This document shows, piece after piece, positions 27,501 to 34,288 of a stretch of DNA of 64,000 nucleotides; position 1 is the stretch's first letter, and each line of letters opens with the position of its first letter. The stretch lies in NCBI GenBank assembly GCA_024697625.1, contig JAILFJ010000181.1, positions 22,500 through 86,499 on the forward strand. Direction: 5' to 3'. The notes beneath the pieces are model-generated. The model was not told the origin of the DNA. It did not search any database and saw only the letters and a list, made by a program, of their open reading frames with translations. The DNA is from Oscillospiraceae bacterium (GTDB lineage: Bacteria > Bacillota > Clostridia > Oscillospirales > Oscillospiraceae). The position numbers and the translations under genes were made by a program.

Positions 27501-30091
27501 GTTTTCAGGCAGTCATTCAGGTCGCCGATGCGGATCGCGCTCCACTGCGCCTTGGTGCCGGCATAGTTGACTGTTTTCAGGCTGTTGGCCGTCTCAAATG
27601 CCCCGTACTGTATGTCCGTCAGACTGACCGGGATGTCCAGCTCCTCCACGGCCGTGCCATTGAAGGCGGCCTGTCCGATGCTCTCCAGCTGATTTGGAAG
27701 CCTGACCTCCGTCAGAGCCCCGCAGCCTGAGAAGGTTGCGTATTCCAGCATCGCAATGCTGTCCGGAAGGCGGATCGAGGTCAGGCCGGTCGCCCGGAAG
27801 GCGTTGAGACCGAGGCTCTTCACGCTGTCGGGCAGGCTGACCTCCTTCAGGGCGCTCATCCCCATGAAGGCTGCCTCGCCGAGAGACGTGATGCCGTCGT
27901 CCACCGTCAGCTTTGACGCGGTCCCGGCATACTGTGTCCAAGGCGCATCCGTGCCCGTCTCCGTCCAGCTGCGGGGCCACATCTCACCCGTACCGGAAAT
28001 CGTCAGCTCGGCAGTCGCCGTGTCATAACTCCAGACAGCGGTCTCGCCGCAGGCGTCGGTCTCAAAGCTCTTCACGCTGATCCGGTATTTCCCGGTTCCG
28101 CTGCTCATGCGCTCGAGCGTGACCCGGTATTCCTGTCCCGCCGTCAGTGTAGACCGGACGCTGACTGTGCCGGTGGAGCTTGCCCACGTCGCCACCGTGC
28201 TGCCGTCCGCCGTCGTCAGCGTCACTCTGACCGGCGGGTATACCACATAGGGTGAGGCAGCTGTCACATTGCTGCCGCTGTTACTGATATCCTCAGCGGT
28301 GATTTCATATATCCTCGTCGCCAGGGGTTTAAAGATCAGTGTCCTGCTCGCCGAGGCCGTATTCTCACTGCCCAGCGTGATCTCGACGCCCTTTCCGTCC
28401 TCCAGCTCCGGGTCTGCCGGGGTCGGATCTGCATACGGCGTATAGTCCTTATTCGACAGCGTCAGAATGTCGCTGCCGTAGAGGTTTTTCGCCTCATCAT
28501 CATAGACGTAGGTCACCTGACTGGCAAAGCTGCCCGAGCCGCAGTTATACGTGTATCCGTTTGCGACTCCGCCGCCGGCACATCCCTTCATGAACAGCCA
28601 GTCCGGTGCGCCGATCGATCCCACGTCACAGTTGGTCACGTCGACAAGATAGTTTTTCCCATCCTCCATGCTGACGATGTTCCACATGTGATTTCCGGCC
28701 CCGGTACCGCCGCTCATCACGCCGCTGACCGAATAGACGCCGACCGCTCCCTGGAAACTCGTCAGCTCGCAGAGATACTGGAAGGCTTTGGAATAGCCTT
28801 CGCACACGACGTCCGTATCGATATCGCCGTCAAACACCCAGATCAGCTGCCACGGGTTTCCGTATGGCACAGTCTGATCCTGGGCTGCCTTGTCGTTGTA
28901 TGTGACATGGTCGCAGATCCAGGTTTTATAGGCGCTCAGCTTGTCAAAGTCACTCTTGGGTGCCGCACTGGTCACAACAGCGTTGGCGTTCTGTACCGCT
29001 GTCTTTACCGTTGTGCCGTATTTCGGGTCGACACCGGTCGGCTTTGTGACGGTATGTTCATCTCCGTATTCGTCTTCATACCGGTATGTGTATACGCTGC
29101 TTCCGTCCCAGTATTCCTGCACAACCGACATCCAGACGCAGAAGCCGTCTCCCTCTACCTTGATTGTATTTCCGGAGCCGCTCATGCTGTCATAGGGCTG
29201 ATACATGGTCCCGTCGGTCTTGTCATACCAGTACAGTGAGTAGCAGCAGTCCGCCAGCAGCGCGCCCAGCACTGCTCTGAAGCTGAAATCAAAGAAGCTG
29301 TCCACCATAGCAAAGCCGTCGTCAAAATTGGTTACACCCAGCTCATCAAAGGTATATGTTTTCTTCAGTCCCAGCTCCTCAAAGGGGATCACAAAGGCCG
29401 TGCTGGCAAGATCGCCGGATGCAACCTGTTGGATTCTCTTCCACAGCGCATCATAGATCTTTTTATCCAGTCCGGTCAGCAGTTCGCCGCGGTCGACCCT
29501 GTAGTTCTGCGGTGTGACCGCACCGGGGCGCAGCGAATCCAGCGCTGCCTGGGCATAGGCATCCAGCAGTGCTGCGTTATCCGTGCCGTCGTCGACCGTA
29601 ACCGTACAGATCCTTCCCGACATTTCGGCATAACCTTCATCCTCGTCTCCGAGGTCTGCCGTCTCTGTCGGCGCCTCATCTTCGGCTTCTTCAGGATCAT
29701 CGGCTTTCGGACCATCGTCCTTCGGCTCTTCCGAATCTGCAGGAGCTTCCGTCGGCTCTTCGGGCACGGCTTCCGAAGGTGCATCCTCCGGGGGCGCAGC
29801 TTCCGGGGTCTCTTCCTCTTCAACAGGCTCTTCCCCCGCAGCCTCCGGCGCCGCTTCCGCCCCGGGAAGCATCTCTTCTTCCCCGGAGAGCGCGGGATCC
29901 TCTGCCTCTCCCTGAGTCAGGAGATCTTCTTCCGCCTGGCTTCCCTCTTCCACAGAATAACCATCCGCTTCGCCGGCCTCTTCTGCCAGACCGGTACCGT
30001 CCCCACCCTCGGCAAAGGCCCAGGTCGGGAGCATCGAGGCGCACATTGCGATGCACAGCAGCACCGCCAGCAGCTTTCTGTAGTGTTTCAT
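21572..30091 (-). CDS. Giant secreted protein: transglutaminase-like core + PPC-like + four BspA-type LRR blocks + Ig/FN3-like array (TG-2)
   Basis: The ORF is open to 30178. I prefer ATG 30091 (MKHYRKLLAVLLCIAMCASMLPTWAFA), which has AAGGAGGA upstream. Acidic spacer follows. Core motif: YGNPWQLIWVFDGDIDTDVVCEGYSKAFQYLC...GNHMWNIVSMEDGKNYLVDVTNCD. LRR_5-like units (e.g. ITAVGGDAFTQMPNLTRVTLPTTLTRIGRDAFSDSVSLKSIEFPASLRKIGSYAFYGSGLETVVLPEGLTEIG) are each preceded by ...LTLSGTGEMWDYY. The C-terminal ~900 aa is collinear with TG-1 and ends ...NARLSVKITLK. Confidence 0.9.
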   Translation of the reverse strand: MKHYRKLLAVLLCIAMCASMLPTWAFAEGGDGTGLAEEAGEADGYSVEEGSQAEEDLLTQGEAEDPALSGEEEMLPGAEAAPEAAGEEPVEEEETPEAAPPEDAPSEAVPEEPTEAPADSEEPKDDGPKADDPEEAEDEAPTETADLGDEDEGYAEMSGRICTVTVDDGTDNAALLDAYAQAALDSLRPGAVTPQNYRVDRGELLTGLDKKIYDALWKRIQQVASGDLASTAFVIPFEELGLKKTYTFDELGVTNFDDGFAMVDSFFDFSFRAVLGALLADCCYSLYWYDKTDGTMYQPYDSMSGSGNTIKVEGDGFCVWMSVVQEYWDGSSVYTYRYEDEYGDEHTVTKPTGVDPKYGTTVKTAVQNANAVVTSAAPKSDFDKLSAYKTWICDHVTYNDKAAQDQTVPYGNPWQLIWVFDGDIDTDVVCEGYSKAFQYLCELTSFQGAVGVYSVSGVMSGGTGAGNHMWNIVSMEDGKNYLVDVTNCDVGSIGAPDWLFMKGCAGGGVANGYTYNCGSGSFASQVTYVYDDEAKNLYGSDILTLSNKDYTPYADPTPADPELEDGKGVEITLGSENTASASRTLIFKPLATRIYEITAEDISNSGSNVTAASPYVVYPPVRVTLTTADGSTVATWASSTGTVSVRSTLTAGQEYRVTLERMSSGTGKYRISVKSFETDACGETAVWSYDTATAELTISGTGEMWPRSWTETGTDAPWTQYAGTASKLTVDDGITSLGEAAFMGMSALKEVSLPDSVKSLGLNAFRATGLTSIRLPDSIAMLEYATFSGCGALTEVRLPNQLESIGQAAFNGTAVEELDIPVSLTDIQYGAFETANSLKTVNYAGTKAQWSAIRIGDLNDCLKTALIHCTDGDIDNRPLLKLEPVGETGLTVARGTTATLTVRATPAKEGDTLTYDWYAVNRRTEDGRVAQTLVGHGSTSGNTNRLTTDPVTDQLQYVCVVSDQNGNSAQVTFTLDYGRQDGFAGDSIRWSVSGSVLTLSGTGEMWDYYYEDGFMTPWTGLNGSITEVIVGEGITAVGGDAFTQMPNLTRVTLPTTLTRIGRDAFSDSVSLKSIEFPASLRKIGSYAFYGSGLETVVLPEGLTEIGAAAFMGCAGLKEITLPKTLNTVPLACFSGCGTLELVKYAGRQTDWSSVSIADGNEPLRSAKLRCLGDLLKLSPPTDLAWHRFEEGHDVIGFMSFAQAAENPTRFYEYRIYRTVNGTDTMVRTDFTAVPGAGRDGNHVFVTSDEFESGDYYFTVTAVSKDPDKYADSDPVKSETWHYEKAAVRMATVTNIGIDTDGMATWTMPADLDHYTGFMMEYRYRASLSDPQTGEGMRYPTLIRRTMGPGDESPAVSFMARVRQQGPGYYQWRVKLLSDDTATVDKSLWSDWSAETQITAEQIAEYHAPNEFRNLKQLQKFCAQNYTSITSIRFGLNEPFEFTEDVVIPENLMVWFPAPNNSVTVPAGKTLTLNGSLLLQEDITVAGTLVNNSTLALHNGNGAMATVTVTGSYAGTGRLYVNHIGKGHVADADPDTYFTGIDLRNYERSHTDSDNKECVYIYTWNPALKAGETLTLDLSSAQPKSSFRLVAEEEGLYVITLRKLSDSAARPGIHLSATNSRVPDSQVLWDGETMIYRYSMKAGETLPLEIERTGQATGEGSYELSAAVFDLDACGDRLTWAVSGDTLTISGEGDIWDYTEVGYPADGGSVNWTTDAPWGDYEDTVKTVTLDPGVTAVGQNAFAGMNALETLAVSASAAGLRVGKWAFDQCDNLQRIELNGFSSDWKEDRIAEGNESLTGAKLYCEYGLAVQPKDGKETAIAVPCGTTVTLEVETVPAQGGGAIRYAWSSATDWTEDGSTQIINYENNSPSLVTEPVDTFRVYTCTVTDELGNEGAVSFRVQYERPEGYVGNDIRWAVSNGVLTLSGTGAMWDYYYENGMMLPWAARSAEITKVVVEAGITVIGGYAFSYLPNLTEVSLPEGLVSIHADAFTDCVSLRGIDLPSTLTELRRYVFYGSGLESMVLPEGLAALPEGGFMGCTGLAEVTVPKSLTAVEEACFTGCEELKTVNYAGTPAEWNRIRIAEGNEALTQAFKAQFGAGDSSGLKLNKEYLLIQKGGTDSSLNVTEGLNDYTKKYLTWTTESGREDIIAVDRNTGAVMAKSVGTDYAVATLDLGYAVYTARCRVDIQESITELSEVKASLTEDKVTVELYRTDYTRVGIVLAIEQNRIGAASIGEAGTDADADTNSPADPAVSAVLKKVTWEAADKNKITDFFELEQVDDRYVQIVPKDLSPLAVKATKGSYKASILVTVDDGTENGRELDPLPLTVTVKKTLPKLSAPAVKLNRFTPDEVVPVAVTGANVTGFRPENGNYKNTVAELSKELPMTVKLNPANTKNGSAKFSLICDLENWAVTAKLNLTVSSTWNAPKVTLKPTSVNLYSGNGNDKAFSAVTVTPLAGMTHRIEAVGNNGLIADYDDETGVITVEKGKATAGNATVTVKADGQPVATLRVKVQAAAAKTGITAKAAGAIDLKMTNSPVTITLTGKNCNAGAVTDYDVHILCNNRKQGVKDLDVTDLFNIEITRDVITLREKRDPALKQSLKDVFDKGDAYTAVIETAAAEIKPVKITVKNSAKVTINVSYKTVGTIDVLRQGTSVTVTPTVKNWYERDLEQGDLHIYDSAYKDITDKFTVGFDGAAYRVTPKEALNPKLKYYAAVPKDVTGAQSTVYKALTVKMGTAKIAQSTKAITLSKNDLYDRQSVVLSVNDPTLYDIGEARVVLVDKSGCFAQPVHLGNGEFAIGFVKDRTIDVTKMKSANVQLQVFLGGNITDTPNARLSVKITLK
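28620..28870 (-). other. Transglutaminase-like core of TG-2 (candidate catalytic Cys, His, Asp)
   Basis: Cys codon at 28802-28804 (VVCEGYSKAF), His codon at 28688-28690 (NHMWNIV), Asp in LVDVTNCD (~28622-28648). Confidence 0.7.
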
Positions 30092-30143
30092 CCCGTGCAC
30101 ATCCTCCTTGATCAGAATGTATAATACCGCATAGATATCACCA

Positions 30144-30172
30144 TTATAATACGTCGGCGGTCTTCTTACAAG
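30144..30172 (-). promoter_or_regulatory. Candidate promoter of TG-2
   Basis: Minus strand: TTGTAA (30172-30167), 17 nt, TATAAT (30149-30144), about 50 nt upstream of ATG 30091. Confidence 0.45.
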
Positions 30173-30207
30173 CTGCATTTCTTAAGAATTTCCTAACAAT
30201 TCGGCAT

Positions 30208-30252
30208 AAAAACACCGCGAAAAGCGATTTTTGATCACTTTCCGCGGTGTTT
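30208..30252 (-). terminator. Intrinsic terminator after the suf genes
   Basis: aaacaccgcg (30210-30219) pairs with cgcggtgttt (30243-30252). In minus orientation the stem is followed by TTTTTAT. It lies 70 nt downstream of the sufB/D-like stop. Confidence 0.6.
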
Positions 30253-30323
30253 CAAAGGCGCTTGACATCATATCTTGAGGTCTGTGCCGCAGCCTCTTTC
30301 CATATCTTGTGTCAGAGGTTTTT

Positions 30324-31250
30324 TCAGCGCAGGAAGCCGTTGATGATCTGCTCCTCCGCCTCCTGCTCCGTGAGGCCCAGGGTCATGAGCTTCACCAGCT
30401 GCTCCCCGGCGATCTTGCCGATGGCTGCCTCGTGCACCAGCATGGCGTCCACATTGTTCGCTTCCAGCGAAGGGATCGCCAGGATCCGGCCCCTGTCCAT
30501 GATGATCGAGTCGCACTCGGTGTGTCCGCTGCAAGGGGCGTTGCCGGTAACACGGGCGTTGAAGGTCTGGCTGGAATCGTCCCGCGCCACTGACCGGGAC
30601 ACCACGTCCGCCGTGGCTCCCGCGCCGTTCAGGTTCACCTGATACCCGCTCACGGCATTCTGGCTGCCGTGGGTCATGAGGCGCTCCTTTACCACCAGCT
30701 TTGCTCCGGCCTTCAGCTCCGCCACGGTCTGACGGTCGGTGGAGTCCACGCCCTTGATCTGCTCCATCTCCATCTCCATGGAGCTGTTTTCGTCCATATA
30801 GACCTCGGTCACCGGGTTCAGAATCCGCTGTCCCTTCCCGTCCCCGGACCCGTAATGCTTCTCGACGTACTTCACCTTCGCGTTTCTGCCGATATGGAAG
30901 CGGTGGATGCCGTCGTGCTCCGAGTCCTGCGTACCGCAGTTGTCGATGCCGCAGCCGGCCACGATAACTACGTCGCTGTCCTCGCCGACATAAAAGTCGT
31001 TGTATACCGTCTCTTTGATGCCGCTCTCGGACAGCACCACGGGGATGTGTACGCTCTCCTTCTTCGTGCCCGGCCTGATCCGGATGTCGATGCCGCTTCC
31101 GTCCGGTTTCGAGATGATGTCGATGTTTGCCGTGGTGTTCCGCCCGGCCAGCCGGCTGTTGGCGCGGAAGTTATAAGCCCCCTCCGGCACGCTGTGGAGA
31201 TCGGCGATCTCCTCAATCAGCCGTTTCTGAATCGCGTCCAGCTTTACCAT
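30324..31250 (-). CDS. SufB/SufD-family Fe-S cluster assembly protein
   Basis: ATG 31250 is preceded by GAGGGAGGGGAGAG. The C-terminal signature ...MLVHEAAIGKIAGEQLVKLMTLGLTEQEAEEQIINGF is typical of SufB/SufD. The gene sits immediately downstream of sufC. Confidence 0.8.
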   Translation of the reverse strand: MVKLDAIQKRLIEEIADLHSVPEGAYNFRANSRLAGRNTTANIDIISKPDGSGIDIRIRPGTKKESVHIPVVLSESGIKETVYNDFYVGEDSDVVIVAGCGIDNCGTQDSEHDGIHRFHIGRNAKVKYVEKHYGSGDGKGQRILNPVTEVYMDENSSMEMEMEQIKGVDSTDRQTVAELKAGAKLVVKERLMTHGSQNAVSGYQVNLNGAGATADVVSRSVARDDSSQTFNARVTGNAPCSGHTECDSIIMDRGRILAIPSLEANNVDAMLVHEAAIGKIAGEQLVKLMTLGLTEQEAEEQIINGFLR

Positions 31251-31264
31251 GTCTCTCCCCTCCC

Positions 31265-31984
31265 TCACTGAAGCCGCTGGCACACGCTGCTCTGGCTGAC
31301 CAGCTTCGGCATGATCGTCTCCGGGCTGCCTTTGTCAATGATGCCGCCCGCAGAGAGGAGAACGATCTCGTCGGCGATGTTCAGGATGCGCTCCTGATGC
31401 GAGATGATGACGATGGAGCTGTCTTTGATCTCTTTCCGCATCTTCTCAAAGATCCGGATCAGGTTCTGGAAGCTCCAGAGGTCGATGCCGGCCTCCGGCT
31501 CGTCAAAGACCGAGAGCCGTGTGTGTCGCGCCAGCAGGGTCGCGATCTCGATCCGCTTGAGCTCGCCCCCGGAGAGGGAGGCGTTGATCTCGCGGTCGAT
31601 ATAGTCCCGGGCACAGAGCCCCACCTCGGAGAGGTATTCGCAGGCTGTGGATACGGAGAGATTCTTCCCGGATGCCAGCCGCAGCAGGTCCTTCACCCGG
31701 ATGCCCTTAAAGCGCACCGGCTGCTGGAAGGCAAAGCTGATGCCCAGTTTCGCCCTCTCGGTGATGTCCAGGTCCGTGATGTCTTTCCCGTCAAAGAGGA
31801 TCTGACCCTCGGAGGGCTTCTCGATCCCCATGATCAGCCGGGCCAGGGTGGACTTTCCGCTGCCGTTCGGTCCCGTGATGACAATAAACTTTCCGTCCTC
31901 GATCTTCAGGTCCAGATTGCGTAGGATCTCTTTCTGTTCTCCGTCTTCGTCGACGGAGAAGCTCAGGTTTCTGATTTCAAGCAT
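31265..31984 (-). CDS. sufC: Fe-S cluster assembly ATPase SufC
   Basis: I prefer ATG 31984 (MLEIRNLSF...), which has AGGAAA upstream. Walker A GPNGSGKST, ABC signature LSGGELKR, Walker B LSVFDEPEAGIDL, H-loop IISHQ. Confidence 0.88.
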   Translation of the reverse strand: MLEIRNLSFSVDEDGEQKEILRNLDLKIEDGKFIVITGPNGSGKSTLARLIMGIEKPSEGQILFDGKDITDLDITERAKLGISFAFQQPVRFKGIRVKDLLRLASGKNLSVSTACEYLSEVGLCARDYIDREINASLSGGELKRIEIATLLARHTRLSVFDEPEAGIDLWSFQNLIRIFEKMRKEIKDSSIVIISHQERILNIADEIVLLSAGGIIDKGSPETIMPKLVSQSSVCQRLQ

Positions 31985-32013
31985 GCCTGTTTCCTGTCCT
32001 GCCTTTTTCTGTG

Positions 32014-32655
32014 TTATGTTCGCTCTGTTCCGTTTTTCCGTCTGCTCTGTTCTGTCTGCATTGACGGCGTACCGGCCGCCTCGTTCTGCTCCCGGATTTT
32101 CTTTTTCCAGCACTGATGGCACATCGCCATGTAGCTGTCGTTGCCGCCCAGAAAAACCTGGGCTCCTTCGGTGATCACGCGGCCCCGTGCATCGATGCGC
32201 GCATTCACCGTGGCCTTGCGGCCGCAGGCGCAGACCGTCTTGATCTCGGTGATCGAGTCCGCCAGCTCCATGAGCCTCTGGGCCCCCGGAAAGAAGTGCG
32301 TCAGAAAATCCGTCCGCAGGCCGAAGCAGAGCACGGGCAGATCCTCCTCATCCACCAGGGTCCTGAGCTCGTCGATCTGTTCCGGGGTAAAGAACTGGGC
32401 CTCATCCGTGATGATCACGTCGTGTCTGCCCGCGGTCCGGTAGGCCTCCAGGATGCTCTGTTCCGGGGTGATAACCTCGGCGTGAGCCTCCAGACCGATG
32501 CGGCTGCGGATCAGATCCGCCCCGTCTCGGGTATCGGTGCTCGGCTTGATGAGCCAGACCGTCATCCCCAGTTCCTCGTAGTTGAACTTTGTGATCAGGG
32601 CCTGGGCAGATTTGGACGAGCCCATGGCGCCGTATTTGAAGTAGAGTTTTGCCAT
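32014..32655 (-). CDS. tdk: Thymidine kinase
   Basis: MAKLYFKYGAMGSSKSAQALITKFNYEELGM... (P-loop) and a C-terminal Cys-rich zinc motif (CACGRKAT...CHQCW). Typical Tdk layout. Confidence 0.9.
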   Translation of the reverse strand: MAKLYFKYGAMGSSKSAQALITKFNYEELGMTVWLIKPSTDTRDGADLIRSRIGLEAHAEVITPEQSILEAYRTAGRHDVIITDEAQFFTPEQIDELRTLVDEEDLPVLCFGLRTDFLTHFFPGAQRLMELADSITEIKTVCACGRKATVNARIDARGRVITEGAQVFLGGNDSYMAMCHQCWKKKIREQNEAAGTPSMQTEQSRRKNGTERT

Positions 32656-32723
32656 TGTTCCGATTTCTTCCTCTGTTTCTCTTTTTTCGCTTCCCGCAGG
32701 GCGGTCCTTATTGCTTCCGCCGG

Positions 32724-33341
32724 TCAGCGTTCCAGATGGGCCCGGACCCTCTCCATGATCATGTCCAGCGCCACCAGGTTGTGCCCGCCTTCGGGGATGA
32801 TGATGTCCGCGCGGCGCTTGGAGGGCTCCACATACTGCTCGTGCATGGGCTTGACCGTGGTCAGGTACTGGTTCACGACGCTCTCCAGGCTGCGGCCGCG
32901 GTCGCGCACGTCCCGCACGACGCGCCGCAGAATCCGCACGTCCGCATCCGCGTCGACAAAGAGCTTGATGTCCATCTCGTCGCAGAGCTCCTGGCTGGCA
33001 AAGATCAGGATCCCCTCCACCAGGATCACCTTCGCCGGTCTCACGGTCTTCGTCTGGTCCAGCCGGTCGTGTATCGCATAGTCATAGATGGGACACTGGA
33101 TGGTCTTCCCCGCCTTCAGCGCCCGCAGATCCCGCAGAAACAGATCCGTGTCGAAGGCGTCCGGATGGTCGTAGTTGACCCTGGCGCGTTCCTCAAAGGG
33201 TGTATCGTGCTGTGCCTTATAGTAGCTGTCATACGAAACCATGCTGACATCGCTGCCGAAACGCTGCATCAGCCGCCTGGTAATGGTGGTCTTGCCGCTG
33301 CCGCTGCCTCCGGCGATACCGATGACCATGACCTTTTGCAT
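32724..33341 (-). CDS. udk: Uridine kinase
   Basis: MQKVMVIGIAGGSGSGKTTITRRL..., YDSYYK, NYDHPDAFD, ILVEGIL. GGGAGGA lies 6 nt before the ATG. Confidence 0.9.
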   Translation of the reverse strand: MQKVMVIGIAGGSGSGKTTITRRLMQRFGSDVSMVSYDSYYKAQHDTPFEERARVNYDHPDAFDTDLFLRDLRALKAGKTIQCPIYDYAIHDRLDQTKTVRPAKVILVEGILIFASQELCDEMDIKLFVDADADVRILRRVVRDVRDRGRSLESVVNQYLTTVKPMHEQYVEPSKRRADIIIPEGGHNLVALDMIMERVRAHLER

Positions 33342-33400
33342 AGTCTGTCCTCCCGTCTCCGGTTTTTCTCTACTATATCACAGAAACGCCCCGCTTTCAA

Positions 33401-33429
33401 TTTGACTTTTTTCTTTTTGTACATTATAC
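33401..33429 (+). promoter_or_regulatory. Candidate promoter of deoD
   Basis: TTGACT (33401-33406), 17 nt, TATACT (33424-33429). Confidence 0.5.
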
Positions 33430-33461
33430 TTTTGTCATCAAACAATCTGGAGGAAACGACT

Positions 33462-34199
33462 ATGCCCATTCCCACTCCCCACATCAATGCCAGAAAAGAA
33501 GACATCGCAAAGACCGTCCTGATGCCGGGCGATCCTCTGCGTGCGAAGTTCATCGCCGAGACCTTTCTGACCGACCCCGTCCTGGTAAACAACGTCCGCG
33601 GTGTTCAGGGCCATACCGGCACCTGGAAGGGCGTCCCTGTGACGGTCATGGCCTCCGGCATGGGGATCCCATCCATCGGGATCTACAGCTGGGAGCTCTA
33701 CAACTTTTACGACGTGGATAATATCATCCGCATCGGCTCCGCCGGCGCGCTGCAGGACGACCTGAAGCTCCGCGACGTCGTCGCCGGGCAGGCCGCCTGC
33801 ACCAACTCCAACTACGTCCGCGGCTTCGGCCTCGGCGAGACCGCCACCTTCGCGCCGATCGCCGATTACACCCTCCTCAGCGCAGCAGTGGAGGCGGCGA
33901 AGGAGCTCGGCGTGGATCTTCGCGTCGGAAACATCCTCTCGTCTGATCCGTTCTACTCCCCCGAAGGCTGCGGAAAGAACGACCAGTGGAAGCGCATGGG
34001 TGTCCTGGCCGTCGAGATGGAGGCCGCCGGCCTCTACTGCAACGCCGCCTACGCCGGTAAGCGCGCCCTCTGCATCTGCACCATCTCGGACCATATCTAC
34101 CGCCCGGAGGACAACCTCTCTGCCGAGGAGCGCCAGAGCTCCTTCACCCAGATGATGGAGATCGCCCTCGACACCGCAGTGAAGATGTCGAAGCTCTGA
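33462..34199 (+). CDS. deoD: Purine nucleoside phosphorylase, DeoD type
   Basis: Only the last 245 codons of the 516-aa track ORF are real. GGAGGAAACGACT precedes ATG 33462. MPIPTPHINARKEDIAKTVLMPGDPLRAKFIAETFL...NNVRG...GMGIPS matches DeoD closely. Confidence 0.9.
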   Translation: MPIPTPHINARKEDIAKTVLMPGDPLRAKFIAETFLTDPVLVNNVRGVQGHTGTWKGVPVTVMASGMGIPSIGIYSWELYNFYDVDNIIRIGSAGALQDDLKLRDVVAGQAACTNSNYVRGFGLGETATFAPIADYTLLSAAVEAAKELGVDLRVGNILSSDPFYSPEGCGKNDQWKRMGVLAVEMEAAGLYCNAAYAGKRALCICTISDHIYRPEDNLSAEERQSSFTQMMEIALDTAVKMSKL

Positions 34200-34231
34200 G
34201 CTTAAAGCTCCCCGAATCTATAAGATTTCAA

Positions 34232-34276
34232 GACACCGCCCTCCGGTGAAAGCCGAAGGGCGGCGTCTCATTTTTT
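34232..34276 (+). terminator. Intrinsic terminator after deoD
   Basis: gacaccgccct (34232-34242) pairs with agggcggcgtc (34257-34267) with one mismatch, followed by tcaTTTTTT (34271-34276). Confidence 0.65.
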
Positions 34277-34288
34277 ACTGGTTTTCTG

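Noticed and set aside
32649-34199. 516-aa plus-strand ORF taken at face value.
   Set aside because: Its first ~270 codons are antisense to udk and have no features. Only the part from ATG 33462, which has a strong RBS, matches DeoD.
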